Below are positions 39,360 to 52,911 of a stretch of 64,000 nt of DNA, in pieces. The DNA lies in assembly GCF_963921235.1 (NCBI RefSeq), contig NC_086112.1, positions 14,384,001 to 14,448,000 on the forward strand. The letters are read 5' to 3'. Numbering within the stretch: position 1 is the stretch's first letter; the number at the start of each line of letters is the position of its first letter. Below the pieces are notes generated by a model that did no database searches, had not been told where the DNA came from, and worked only from the letters and a program-made list of their open reading frames with translations. Origin of the DNA: Mobula hypostoma (lineage: Eukaryota). The position numbers and the translations under genes are program-made.

Positions 39360-39680
39360 ATTCAATAACTGTTCCTGAACCTGGTGGTGAAGGACCTACA
39401 GCTTCTGTACCTTCTCCCTGATAGTAGCAGCCAGAAGAAAGCATGGACTGGATGGCGGGTGTCTTTTATGATGGATGCTGCTTTCTTGTAGCAGAGCTCC
39501 TTATATTTGTGCTCAATGGTGGGGAAGGCTTTGCCTGTGATGGACTGGGCTGTATCCACCACCTTCAGTAGACTTTTCTGATCCTGGGCATTGGTGTTTC
39601 TATATCAGGCCGTGATACAGCCAGTTAGGATACTCTCCACTGTGCAACTACAGAAGTTTGTCAAAGTTTTTGGTGAGGGT
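39360..39680 (-). mobile_element. Rex1/Babar 3' fragment (similar pieces near 3150-3900, 9245-9460, 15920-16070, 50530-50970 and 58400-59000)
   Basis: KAASIIKD..HP.H..F.LL.SGRRYRS..TTRFRNS C-terminal pattern. Confidence 0.75.
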
Positions 39681-40044
39681 AGAACAAACCAGAGATATCT
39701 TGGTTCAGTTGTTTAATAAACATCAAATGTTGAAACCCAAATTCTACCCAAAACACAGAAAAAAACAATATCATTGACAGTGGACAAGGCAAGGAATGAA
39801 ACTCATGAAGATGAGAGATGTTGGAAATCCAAAGCAACACACAAAAGCTGCTGGAGGCACTGAGCAGGTGCTGCCTAACCTGCTGAGTTCCTCCAGAATT
39901 TTGTATGTGTTGCTAAGGAATGAAACTCCAAGGTTTCATTCAGGCAACAAGTACAACCTGGTTGTTTTACAACTTAGTTGATTCCTTCCCTGCTCTATTC
40001 CAATGCTAATGCACAATTATGTAAATAAGTCTAACTTTCCTGGT

Positions 40045-42200
40045 TAGAAACATAGAAAGCCTACAGCACAATACAGGCTCTTTGGCCCACAAAGCTGTGC
40101 CGAACATATCCTGACCTTAAAAATTACCTAGTATTACCCATAGCCCTCTATTTTCCTGAGCTCCATATACCTGTCTAGGAGTCTCTTAAAAGACCCTATC
40201 ACATCCGCCTCCACCACCGTCACCCCATTCCACGCACTCACCACTCTCTGCGTAAAAAAACTTACCGCTGATATCTCCTCTGTACCTACTTCCAAGCACC
40301 TTAAAACTGTGCCCTCTACTGTTAGCCATTTCAGCCCTGGGAAAAAGCCTCTGACTATCCACACGATCAATGCTCTCACCATCGTATACACCTCTATAAG
40401 GTCACTTCTCATCCTCTGTCGCTCCAAGGAAAAAAGGTCGAGTTCACTCAAACTATACTCATAAGGCATGCTCCCCAATCCAGGCAACATCCTTGTAAAT
40501 CTCCTCTGCACCCTTTCTATGGTTTCCACATCCTTCCTATAGTGAAGTGACCTGAACTGAGCACAGTACTCCAAGTGGGGTCTGACCAGGGTCCTATATA
40601 GCTGCAACATTACCTCTCGGCTCCTAAACTCACTTCCATGAAGGCCAATGCACCATATGCCTTCTTAACCAGAGAGTCAACCTGTGCAGCACCTTTGAGT
40701 GTCCTATGGACTCGGACCCCAAGATCCCTCTGATCCTCCACACTGCCAAGAATCTTACCATTAATACTATATTCTGTCATCATATTTGACCTATCAAAAT
40801 TAACCACTTCACACTTATCTGGGTTGAACTCCATCTGCCATTTCTCAGCCCAGTTTTGAATGCTATCAATGTCCCGCTATAACCTCTGACAGCCCTCCAC
40901 ACTATCCACAACACCTCCAACCTTTGTGTCATCAGCAAATTTACTAACCCATCCCTCCACTTCCTCATCCAGGTCATTTGTACAAATCACGAAGAGTAGG
41001 GGTCCCAGAATAGATCCCTGAGGCACACCACAGGTGACCGACCTCCATGCAGAATATGACCCATCTACAATCACTCTTTGCCTTCTGTGGGCAAGCCAGT
41101 TCTGGATCCACAAAGCAATGTCCCCTTGGATCCCATGTTCCTTACTTTCTCAATGTCTTGCATTGGGTAGCTTGTCAACTGCCTTGCTGAAATCCATATA
41201 CACTACATCTACTGCTCTACCGTCATCAATGTGTCTAGTCACATCCTCAAAAAATTCAATCAGGCTCGTAAGGCACGACCTGCTTTTCACAAAGCCATGC
41301 TGACTATTCCTATTCATATTATGCCTCTCCAAATGTTCATAAATCCTGCCTCTCAGGATCTTCTCCATCAACTTACCAACCACTGAAGTAAGACTCACCG
41401 GTCTATAATTTCCTGGGGTATCTCTACTCCCTTTCTTGAATAAAGGAACAACATCCACAACACTCCAATCCTCCGGAACCTCTCCCATCCCCACTGATGA
41501 TGCAAAGATCATCGCTGGAGGATCAGCAATCTCTTCCCTCACCTCCCACAGTAGCCTGGGGTACATCTCGACCAGTCCCGGTGACTTATCCAACTTGATG
41601 CTTTCCAAAAGCTCCTGCATATCCTCTTTCTTAATATCTACATGCTCAAGCTTTTCAGTCCGCTGTAAATCATCCCTATAATCGCCAAGATCCTTTTCTG
41701 TAGTGAATACTGAAGCAAAGTACTCATCAAGTACGTCTGCTATCTCCTCCGGTTCCATACACACTTTTCCACTGTCACACTTGATTGGTCCTATTCGCTC
41801 ACGTCCTCTCCTCTTGCTCTTCACATACTTGCAGAATGCCTTGGGGTTTTCCTTAATCCTGTCCGCCAAGGCCTTCTCATGGCCCCTTCTGGCTCTCCTA
41901 ATTTCTTTCTTGAGCTCCTTCCTGCTAGTCTTATAATCTTCTAGCTCTCGATCATTACCTTGCGTTTTGAACCTTTCATAAGCTCTTCTTTTCTTCTTGA
42001 CTAGATTTACAACAGCCTTTGTACACCGTGGTTCCTGTACCCTACCATCCTTTCCCTGTCTCATTGGAATGTACCTATGCAGAACCCCACACAAATATCC
42101 CCTGAACATTTGCCGCATTTCTTCCGTACTTTTCCCTGAGAAAAGTACGGAATATCTGTTTCCAATTTATGCTTCCAAGTTCCTGCCTGATAGCCTCAAG
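40045..42200 (-). mobile_element. CR1 LINE, 5'-truncated ORF2, in AK6 intron 3
   Basis: ORFs 41150-42118, 40877-41113, 40610-40834 and 40134-40610 with NYRPVSLTS, MDFSKA, GVPQGSILGP and KFADD. Confidence 0.95.
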
Positions 42201-42309
42201 TTCCTTGATTTAAGCTGACATTTGGGATTGAACAAATCAACACAAAGTAAATGGGCAGATGTTTGAAATGCATTTTGGATGATAGTAAGTTTTCTACTGC
42301 AATACTCAC

Positions 42310-42368
42310 CCCGTCTTCATCCAGAATGGGACACGAATATTCTTCATCATAGCCTTCATACAGCTGAC
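42310..42368 (-). CDS. AK6: AK6 exon 3 (59 nt)
   Basis: gcaaag|(G)QLYEGYDEEYSCPILDEDG|gtgagt; human QLYDGYDEEYDCPILDEDR. Confidence 0.95.
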
Positions 42369-42489
42369 CTTTGCAGATATATTACAAACATACTGGTTTA
42401 TAGCTGTCTCCTGACTAGCAACATCCATTAGAACAGAAAAGTACAGATACATTCACAAATATTAAACCCACATTGATACATAAAATATA

Positions 42490-43216
42490 CAGTGGATTCC
42501 AGTTAATATGGACACATCAGGACCAGTATATTTTGCCAAAGTTTTATACTTAAAAAGGTATAAAAATGACAAGCTGAGTAACAAATTTAATATTTAAATG
42601 AAATACAGAATAAATTAGAACATTACCAATACTACTACAGTACTGGAAAACTGTATTAGTTCCTAATAGTTACTGACGGAGGAATTATTCACTGTACAAA
42701 AACATATTCCTTCGATTGACTGTAAATGAGCAAAACCAGCACAGACACTGAGTGGAGATAATGGACTGCCTTCACACAGTGTTCTTGACGATTGCCTCAG
42801 AAGGCAGTGGAGGCCAATTCTCTGGATGCTTTCAAGAAAGAGTCAGATAGAGCTCTTAAAGGTAGCGGAGTCAAGGGATATGGGGACAAGGCAGGAACTG
42901 GATACTGATTGTGGATGATCAGCCATGATCACAGTGAATGGTGGTGCTGGCTCGACGGGCGAATGGCCTACTCCTGCACCTGTTGCCTATTGTCTATCCT
43001 CCATTTAATTGTAACATTAAAGATGATTGCCGATATTTTCAAATTCTTCTTAGTTCCTAACTTGTTGAATAGTGAAATTGTTTCAATTTCACTCCTGACC
43101 ATTTCTGGCATCTCCAAGCCTGAATGCTTGAAACTGCTGTGAGCAAAACGGTTGTGAATTTTTTAGGAGTTGTCCCAAAGAAGTAGTTCGCCCAATTAAT
43201 TAACCAGAATCCACTG
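42490..43216. mobile_element. Tigger/pogo-like element with nested CR1 3' tail (about 42797-42996)
   Basis: TIRs CAGTGGATTCCAGTTAAT...TTAACCAGAATCCACTG; the nested piece closely matches 23988-24190. Confidence 0.75.
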
Positions 43217-43846
43217 CATATAAAATCAGGGCGAGAATTGCCACACAACAGTATCAAGCAATGGTCATCACTTCCCAGAGGTCTTTTCTATCTAAACTCA
43301 AAATGTTCATGCTTTCATCAGAACACAACATTCATTATTACGTTTAAATAAGGAAATCCATCAAGTAAGCCAAGGTAATTGTTTCCAAAATCAATTGTTT
43401 TACTAGACAAACATTTCATCATATTACATCCTGTTATTAGTTTATAAAATGTCACTGCTAGTACAAAGACTTAGCATACTTTTTGAAATATTTAATTGTC
43501 ATTTTTCAGTAATGCAAACATTCAGTCAACTTTGTCATTTAGTCAAACATTAGTCAATTTGTCCAGACACTGTAAATCTTTTCTGCAGCTGCTAAAAATT
43601 CAGTAGTCTGAACGTCCTTTAATTAATGGAGATAAATTAATTTATGACAAACAATGTTTCCTAACACTGGCTTTAATTTGCTGAAAATTAAAAAAGGCAA
43701 TATATTTATGCTTACTGGGAATGGAAGTATATATACTGGAGCTACGTTATCAATCCTTCCTTTAAAAATGAAACTCAAACTTTTCAAGAATTGTGAGTAT
43801 CACTTAGTGAAGAGATGTAGATTTTTAGAAATGTTTTCATGTGTTA

Positions 43847-44056
<210 letters not shown>

Positions 44057-45389
44057 TTACAGCATCCCTGTGGGAATGCTCCCCACCTACCTCCCAGAGT
44101 GTAGTGTCACAACGCACAACATCAATGCTTTCTCCCTCCCACGAGGATTTACAGTTCCACACGATTGTATCATTCTTTTCATGGTGGTTCAAAATCACAG
44201 ACTTTATGATAGGTTCCAGTATCTTCCCCCACTATCTCATTGAGCTGACAGGTTTTTAATTTCCAGTTTCTTTTGTGTGTGTGTCTCTCTCTCCTTTGTG
44301 GTTACATTTGGGACCCTTCAATCTACAGGAACCATTGCAGCATTTTTTAAAAACTTTGGCAGATAAAAAGCAAATAATTTACCATCTCTGAAGTCACCAG
44401 TATCAAATGTCATTAGATCCTTGAAATTAATCAATTTTCAAGTTTGCTAACCTCCGTTACAATGTTTTTAAAATTAATGCTGGCTTTATTTTACTTCCCC
44501 ATTTCCTTCAGCCTTCACTACTTCTGGGAGTTTTGTTTTTGTATTTTCCCTGTATAATGCAATGTAACCTGCATGCACCACTTGCACTGGCAGCTCATTC
44601 CACTCTCACAACCCTCTGAGTGAAGAAGTTTCCGCTTGTGTTCCCCTTAAACGTTTCACCTTTCACCCTTAACCCGTTACGTCTCGTTGTAGTCCCACCC
44701 AACCTCAGTGGAAAAACCTCATTTACCCTGTCTATAACCTTCATAATTTTTTTTAAACCTCCTTCAAATCTCCTCAATCTTCTGCGTTCTAAGAAATAAA
44801 ATCCTGACCTATTCAATAATGCAACAGAACAACACACACAAATGCTGGAGGGATTCAGCAGATCAGGCAGCAAATATGGAGGGGAATAAACAGTTAACGT
44901 TTTGGACTGAGACCCTTCATCATGGATGGGATGGAAGGGGGAAGAAGCCAGAAGCCAATGTAACAGAAAGAGCTTTCTGAAGTTATAACTAGTAGAGCAG
45001 AGAAAACATTGCATGTAGCTTCTCTCAGTTGTCAGATGTTGTAGCACCCTTAGAAACTTTAACAATACTAGACAAAAGTAGCATAAAAAGTAAATCCCCA
45101 CTGGGAATATATGCTGCCCCCCCACTCATATGCATTTGCCACCACTCCTCAATCCACTGACTCCTCCAGCATCTTCAGCAACAAGCAGATTTTTGTGTCT
45201 CCACCAGCATCTTGATTTTTGCCCCTAAAAAAACTCACCTCATGCACAAGCAACAGTTAAAGTAAAATAGCTTGCCCTCCTTTACCCTACCCAGACAACC
45301 CATCTTACACTCTCCCGGCTGTCCCCACACAAACAGCTCAACCACCACTCCCTACCCCTACCACAATCTCACCCCAATCCAACCCCTCC

Positions 45390-45875
45390 CCACACATCTT
45401 TCAGAAAGATATTTGGCGGTCTCTCTATGGTTACTCACGATTCCTCTCCCTCCTTCCCCGATACATCCTACTCCCGCACAATGAGGACATTTGGCCATCT
45501 CTATGTGATAAGACACCACACACATACACGCCTCATACATATAAACTCCTGACCCCACCCTCCACCTGAGAGAAGGATATTCGGCCGTCTCTCCATGGTG
45601 ACAGACACCATACACATAAACCCCTGACCCCCATACTCAGACCCACACCCCTCACCTGTGAGGAGGATATTCGGCCGTCTCTCCATGGTGACTAACACCA
45701 CACACATAAACCCCCGACCCCCATACTCAGACCCACACCCCTCACCTGTGAGGAGATAAGATCGTCTCTCTATGGTGACAGACACCACACACATAAACCC
45801 CCGACCCCCATACACAGACCCACACCCCTCACCTGTGAGCAGGATATTCGGCCGTTTCTCCATGGTGACAGACAC
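45390..45875 (-). repeat. Tandem ~90-bp repeat whose unit contains AK6 exon 1 plus its splice donor (4 good and 2 degenerate copies)
   Basis: Start-codon positions at 45863 (ATG), 45773 (ATA), 45686 (ATG), 45596 (ATG), 45504 (ATA) and 45428 (ATA); donors after 45833, 45746, 45656 and 45566. Confidence 0.93.
45833..45863 (-). CDS. AK6: AK6 (adenylate kinase 6 / hCINAP) exon 1, promoter-proximal copy
   Basis: accATG GAG AAA CGG CCG AAT ATC CTG CTC ACA G|gtgagg = MEKRPNILLT(G), compare human MLLPNILLTG; phase 1. Confidence 0.9.
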
Positions 45876-46169
45876 GAGCTCCTACCCGTGGGGTCTTTCG
45901 CTCGACTTGAGCCATCTCCCTTTGCGTCACGGCTCGTCCTGCTCACTGCCGAAATGATCAGAAACATTTCACGCACAAACAGACCACTCCCAATGATTCA
46001 AAGTTGATTCTGTAGGAAACAGTGGCTCTCCCGGTACCGTCGCTGCATCAAGGAACACAACGGGCAAAATTCTGGACAACTAAAATACGATTGAGAGCTG
46101 AGAGTGGAGAAAGGGAGGACCCCTTGGTGAGCTGGTGTTTGTTAAAAAATCGGAGTGAGAAGTGAATTG
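45864..46169. promoter_or_regulatory. Bidirectional AK6/RAD17 promoter and probable non-coding RAD17 exon 1 (donor after 46169)
   Basis: CpG-enriched segment directly upstream of the AK6 ATG; CRE-like tgcgtcac near 45923; plus-strand donor GAATTG|gtgagt. Head-to-head arrangement as in mammals. Confidence 0.65.
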
Positions 46170-48095
46170 GTGAGTGTAAAGTGTGTGTAATGTGGAGTGT
46201 TATGTGTCTCCTGGGGTGTGTGACGTGTAATGTCTGTATTAGGCTGTGTAATGGGCTAGCTGGGGTGTCCGGGGGTCGGGCTGTCATGTATCCCGGTACA
46301 TAATAGTGTGCTTTCAGTCAGCTGGAGAGAGTTTTGCTCTGTTCTGCGAACCTGAACACTCAGACACTCGTCCCATTTCCATCGTCCACCTTCACTGCTT
46401 CTCTGCCTCATTTCAATTCGAGTGAAATCAGACCCTCTACGTCTGTGCTCTCACTGCCACTCCCTCTGCCCTGTAATTTGATTTCTATTTCACTCATTTC
46501 TGCCGAAAGCTCCTTGACCTGAGACATAATTTGTTTTTATTGTGTTCACTGAAGCAGGAGAGCCCTGTATATCTGTAGCTTTTTTCCATTTTTATTGTAG
46601 TTCCCTGTGTCAGAAGTGATGGTAATAAACTATTTTCCTTTTTAAATCATACAGAATTAATAATCTTCATAACAAAATTGTGGAACTATTTAAGTTATGT
46701 GTACTAATATTTCTTACTGTGGCTTGCCTGTGTCCAGCTATTTAATAGCTGACTAAATTATTTGATTGCAGTTTACAGTTTCCTACACTTAGAAAATAGC
46801 TTGTGTAGTGCTACATTGTTGTATCCCATTTGACAATTTTAGTTAATCATTGATTTGTTGCAAATTACATAATGTCCTTGATTTTCTTTCTGGATTCTCT
46901 TTGTACCTGATGGATGGAGGACTGTGAACATCTGTGGTAGTTTCTCACAGCAAACAAATTGTATGAGGAAAAAGATTGTATGGATTTTAATGAAGTTGAT
47001 GAATATGAACCATTCAAGGAATTAGGGATACTCGAAAACGGTTCTTTCTTCAGTCCCCTCCTCCTTTTGGCTACAGCCATGGACATTATTTACATGTTGT
47101 CTGTTATTTTTAATTATATAATTTAAGACTAGTAACTTGGTAGGGGTTGTTTGATACAACTGAAAATAAACAAGCACTTTCAACCATTGTGTCAGTCTGC
47201 AACTGGGCATAACCTGACCACCAGTAAGTTCATGATGTCAATATCTTTTCTGAGCTGAATGGTTATTCCTGGTGAACCAAGTAGAGGATTTACAACTATA
47301 TTTTGGGAACGTAGTTTCTGCAACAGGCCTCAGTTGTTGTATCTTTAAAAACCACACAGTGCAATTTTGCACTTGTATGAACATTGATTGCTCTTGGTAA
47401 TTTTTTTTCTCTCTTTTTCTTTTTCTTTTCCCCCTTCCCTCTTCTTTCATTTCCCACTTGGCCTCTTACCTCTTTTCCTCATCTGCCTGTCACCTCCCGC
47501 TGGTGGCCCTTCTTCCCTTTCTCCCATGGTCCACTCTCTTCTCCGATCAGATTCCTTCCTCTCCAACCCTTTACCTTTCCCGCCCACCTGGCCTCACCTA
47601 TCACCTTCTAGCTTGTCCTCCTTCCCCTTCCCCCTTGCTTTTATTTGGTCATCTTCCCCCTTACTTTTCAGTACTGATGACCAGAAATGGCAACTGTTTA
47701 AGTTTAAAGTTCAAAGTATATTTATTCAAAGTATGCATACTATATACAACCTTGAGACTTGTCTCCTTACGGGCAGCCACAAAACAAAGAAACCCAATAG
47801 ACCCCGTCTTTTAAAAAAAGACCATTGAACATCCAATGTGCAGAAAAACAACAAACAAGTCGCGCAAACTATAAAAGTAAGCAAGTAGTATTTAGAGCTG
47901 AAGTTCACGAAAGTGACTGCACAGCCAAGCTGATTTAGAAGCCTGTCAGTTGCACTCTACGGCCATAGTTCAGCACAGAGATGAGTATATCAGCGGAGCA
48001 GAGAGCTGAACCAGTCTATCCCTCGCCTCTGGCCCAGACACCCTGGCCTTTTAATTTTGGTCCACCACTTAAATCATTCAAACCTCATTCACTTT

Positions 48096-48226
48096 GTCCT
48101 GACGAAGGGTCTCGGCCCGGAACGTCGACTGTACCTCTTCCTAGAGATGCTGCCTGGCCTGCTGCGTTCCACCAGCAATTTTGATATGTGTTGCTTGAAT
48201 TTGCAGCATCTGCAGAATTCCTCGTG
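48096..48226 (+). mobile_element. Penelope-like terminal fragment with hammerhead motif (GAAA to GGAA); 8-bp TSD
   Basis: gtcCTGACGAagggtctcggcccGGAAcgtcgac; TSD TTCACTTT at 48088-48095 and 48227-48234. Confidence 0.78.
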
Positions 48227-48825
48227 TTCACTTTCATGAATGCTATCTGACCTGCTGAGTTCCTCCAGCATTTTGTGCCTGTTACTCTGGATTTCCAGCT
48301 TCTGCGGAATCGCTTGTGCTGATAATTTTCTCGTTAGTGTGCAGTGCTCAATTCCTTAGGGAATAAGGAAAACAATTGCTGATTCTGTGAATGGGTGGCA
48401 GAGACATCAAGTGCTTAACCACTTCAGCAGCATGTGTGGGGAGAACAGCGTGACTGATAAGCTTTTCTCAGAACTGGAAAAAAGTTTTAAAAGCACGCTG
48501 TTAATATACACAGATAGGAGTGGAGGTGAGAATGCCTGTGATGAGGTCAAAGGCTGAAGGTGATTATGCAAGGCAAAGGTGGCGTTTAATGGTATTAGAA
48601 AGAATACAAAGGTGATTTTCAGAAGAACTGTAGGTAAAGGTACTGCGGCTGAATATTACCTTTAATTGTTGAACCTAATGTTGAATTCTAGAGGATAGAA
48701 TGGACAAAAAAAGTACAATATCAAAGCTACATTTTGCATATTCTTTCTTTTTCAAGCTGGAGTTTTCTTTATCACTTTATTGATGACAGTGTGGATCATA
48801 GCCCACATATGACTTCCGGCAGTCG

Positions 48826-48870
48826 ATGATGTCAAAATCTTCTCTCGGCAGAAAGATTGTTTCTGCTAAG
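48826..48870 (+). CDS. RAD17: RAD17 first coding exon (exon probably 48757-48870)
   Basis: MMSKSSLGRKIVSAK|gtaaga resembles the human long-isoform start MSKTFLRPKVSSTK; acceptor ttctttttcaag at 48755-48756; phase 0 joins VTDW. Confidence 0.85.
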
Positions 48871-49602
48871 GTAAGAGTATTTCACAACAGTACTTTGAGA
48901 ATATGAGTTTTTTTGCACTATGTCATAGTTCTAGTACCTGCATTGAGAATACAAATTTATCTTTAGTTTCTGTGATCAAACAACTTAACTTAAAGAATGG
49001 TATTAACAAATCAGATCCTTGGGCTTGGGCTGTGTTTTATCCTGATATTAGCGGACAGAGGCTGTGCATGTTGGCCTCTGTCCGCTAATATCACGATAAT
49101 AACGAATAGACTTCTAGTGTCGTGCTTGCTGGCACCTGTATGCTAATATTGGCATAATAACGAGCAGACCTCCAGTGCCACGCATGCTGGCATCTGTAAG
49201 TTAATATTACATGGCATTGTGGGCATCACTTAGAGGCTGAAAAAAGCTCTCAGTTGGGAGCTTAATATCCAAGGATACAGAGTGTATCGAAAGGATAAGC
49301 AGGTATGCAGAGGGGGTGGGCTGGCTTTGTTGTTAAAGATGCAATGAAATCCTTACAAAGAGGTGACATAGGATTGGAAGATGTAAAATCCTTCTGGGGA
49401 GAGTTAAGAAACTGCAAGAGTAAAAAAGATGCTCATGAGAATCACATACGGGACTCTGAACAGCAGCAAGGATGTGGGGGACAAATTACTAGGGAGATGG
49501 AAATAACAAGGATTTTGCAGATGCAGTAAATAAACCAAGTAATGACAATATACGGCAAAATTAATTCCTTGATTAAAAGTATTGTGTAAATTGTTATTTC
49601 AG

Positions 49603-49884
49603 GTGACCGACTGGGTGAATCCATCATTTGATTGCATCAGCAAATCTCCCTTACCACAGGTTGCAGACAGAAAGCCATCTGCTTGTTCAAAGTCAAGTGG
49701 TGGGAATCAGAAAATTCTTTGGACAGGAAGTGACAAAAAATTTCATTCCAATACCTTAAATGACACAAAGGATCAAAAAAGAATTAAAGTATCTCATGTG
49801 GAACAGACTTTAAGTCGCTGTAGGCAAAACTCCACCTCAAATCGCAGTAGTTCCTGGGTGGATGAATATCGACCTCAAGCACAG
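49603..49884 (+). CDS. RAD17: RAD17 coding exon 2 (282 nt)
   Basis: tttcag|VTDWVNPSFD...WVDEYRPQAQ|gtagga; human VTDWVDPSFD...WVDKYKPETQ. Confidence 0.94.
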
Positions 49885-52800
49885 GTAGGAAAGTGATATA
49901 TAATAAATTCCATAATTTATTATGGGCCATATCTATTAATTTTGGATTTTAACTCCTTGTCTATGTGAAGGATGTAAGTAATAAAGTCAATTCAAATTTC
50001 CATACTTTTATGATTTCAGTTTAGAGAAGCTTATCTCTACAGTTATGCAAATAGGTCTGATATCCTGTTACATCTTTATTTATTATGGGAGTGTGTTTCT
50101 TATTGACCTCCCCCTGTCTACCCAGTGTAAACTTCAGATTTTCCAAAGCAAATCCTAACTTGAGTCTCATCAGCCCTGCAATTTCGGACTTTCATTTACA
50201 GTATACTCCTGCTTTAGGGAGAGGTTGTGTTCCTAAACTAAACCATCCGTATGCAAATACTCCATAATGTAAACCCTTTTTTCCTACGTGTTATTTCTGG
50301 AGAAGCGATTCTACAAGAAGATTTATCTCACAAGTAATGCCCCAACCGTGGGTCCTCAACCTATAGGCACAGGAATTCCGATTATTTTGTAGGTAAGAGA
50401 GAAAAGGTTGTTACTTGAGTTAACTAGAAACAGATGTTACATTGTTTGATAAATTATCAATGAAAGGGATTCCCTTGTCAGTTGTCATCTCCAAGAGGCT
50501 TCTCCCTCCCTCTGGTGAAGGGAAATTTAGATAGATGGATAATTTATTGATCCCAAAGGAAATTACAGTGTCACAGTCCAATTACAAGTGCACAGATACA
50601 CAAATATTAGAGAAGTAAGAAAGAATAAAAAAAGTTACCTTAAAAATAAGATGTACAAGATTTACAAGTCAAAGATTACAAGATTTAGAAGTTCACACAT
50701 TTTTCCAAGTGGAAAAATTACCGTAATATTGTACAGTAATGAGTGCACATTTGCACTGTCTAGACAAGAAGTGATGGTACGATTGACAGGATGTCTGAGA
50801 CAGCAGGGTGTGGTAAACAGAGCTTAAACAGAGGTTAGTAACAGTCTAACAACATCACTTCCCTGGCTATAGGTTGACATTATAGAGCCTAATGGCCGCG
50901 GGTAAGAATGACCTCATATAGCGCTCTTTGGAGCAGCACAGTTGTCTTAGTCTATTCCTGAATGTGCTCCTCTTAGAAAGTTAAGGAGAAGAGACATATT
51001 GATTGGGGAGATTTGCAGAATGCGTAATGATAACCAGAGTCTGTCAAGACAGACCAGACTGTGTCTTCAGGTCAAGTCAGAACATATAAAACTGAAGACT
51101 CATTCTTTGAATGTATTTGTAACATGGTCACATTAAGAGTGTTGCTTTCGATTCCAATACCTCCATTACAGGAAGGATGTGGAGACTCTGAAGAGGGTGC
51201 AGAAGAGCTTCAGCAATATGTTAGCTGGGTTAGAGTATTACACCACTCAACCAGCTGATCTATTTTGCTCCTGTAAGCTGCCTCACTACCATCTGAGATT
51301 TTGCCAACAGCAGTGGTGTCGCTGACAAATTTATAGATGGTATTTGAGCTGTGCTTGGCCACACAGTAATGAATGTAGAGCAGAGTAAAGTCGAAAGCTA
51401 GGAAGTCTAGAGCCACTCCCAAAGTAATGGGTTAGCAATTCAGGGATGAGAGGAGAAGATGTTTTTTCATGTAAAAGGTAGAGAATCTTTGGACTTTTCC
51501 GCTCAAGGAGACAGGGACTTATCTACTAAGTATATCGAAGACAGAAATTGAAAATGTGAAGGGAATCGATGAATGTGGTTCAGTGTATGGAAGTGGCTTG
51601 AACTCTTTCAAATTCAAGTTTATTGTCATTCATCTGTACATGAAGCAACGTTCCACTGGGACCAAGGTACAAAACACAATACATATATCACACACAGCAC
51701 ATAACATAATATTAACACAATAATAGTAACAGATTAAAAGTAAGTACTATGTAGATGTGCAAGTTGACATAAGTTCAAGTTTAAATTTAATTAACGTTCA
51801 ACCATACCCATGAGCACAGCCAAACAAAACAGCATTCCTGCAGAGCCAAGGTGCAAAACACAGCATCACAGTAAACACAGCGCAAGGCACAGATAGCACA
51901 TGTAATTATGATCGCAGAAAAACAGACAGCATCAAATAATCCCACATTCGGTGGGTCACATCAAAGCTCTGCAGCTCCACCGACGTAAAATGGCAGAAGA
52001 AAATTAAACAGCCCTGGGGAGGAGACAACTCCTCGTCACTGATAGGAGAGAGCAGCATGTAAATGCCAGAGACATGCCTGAAATATTTGCAATTCTCCTC
52101 AGCTGGAAGTAACAGATTGATGTAGTCCCTGCCGCTACATTGTCTCTGGTATTTACTGAATCCAGTTGATTCAGTGTGCATGATGTCACAAAATGACTGA
52201 GTGTACTCGGAATAGAAAATACTGTGGGACCACACCACATCGAGGTTATTGTCCTGAAGACGTGCTTTCCAATACCATAAGACAAGAAGACGTAAGGGCA
52301 GAATTAGGCTATTTGGCCCATCAAGTCTGCTGTATGTCAGCCATGCCCAGATTTGTAATTTTTTACAAAAAATGGTGTAGGTACAATCAAGCCGACAACA
52401 ACCTCTTCAGTCTACTCTCAATCAACAGCAAATGATGGAAGGAATCATAATGCCAGTATCAAGCAGCACTTAGCAATGAACCACTGACTAACGCTCAGGT
52501 TGGCTTTGGCCAGGACACTTAGCTCCCAGCTTCATTACAACCCTGGTCCAAACACAGACAAAAGAGTTGACTTCCAGAGGTAAGGAGGGAGGGGGATTAT
52601 TGCCCAGGATAGTAAGCCATTGTTAGATTGAATGTGGCCGTGGTTAAAACTAGTTAGGATGAATCATGCAGAGACTGTTCCTTAAGTTGAAGTAACACCT
52701 CACACACAGAATTCTGGTGCTGTTTGTAAGATGTCAAGTCACCTTTAACCCCGGACTTAGCCGTAGAAATTGCCCAGGGCAGTGTCCTAAACCATTTTCA

Positions 52801-52911
52801 GCTTTTCACCTTGAATCTTTGTTTAATCATCTCAAACACTGTGTGCTTACATCACTGACACTGCAGATTACAGGTGAGAGAAAAATATCAAAGTTGGATG
52901 AATAGAAATAT

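Noticed and set aside
45501-45875. Independent 124-aa gene
   Set aside because: It is the read-through of the tandem AK6 exon 1 copies; treated under the AK6 finding.
46860-47100. Possible additional RAD17 5' exon or small acidic ORF
   Set aside because: No convincing acceptor/donor pair and no similarity to RAD17 that I can recognise.
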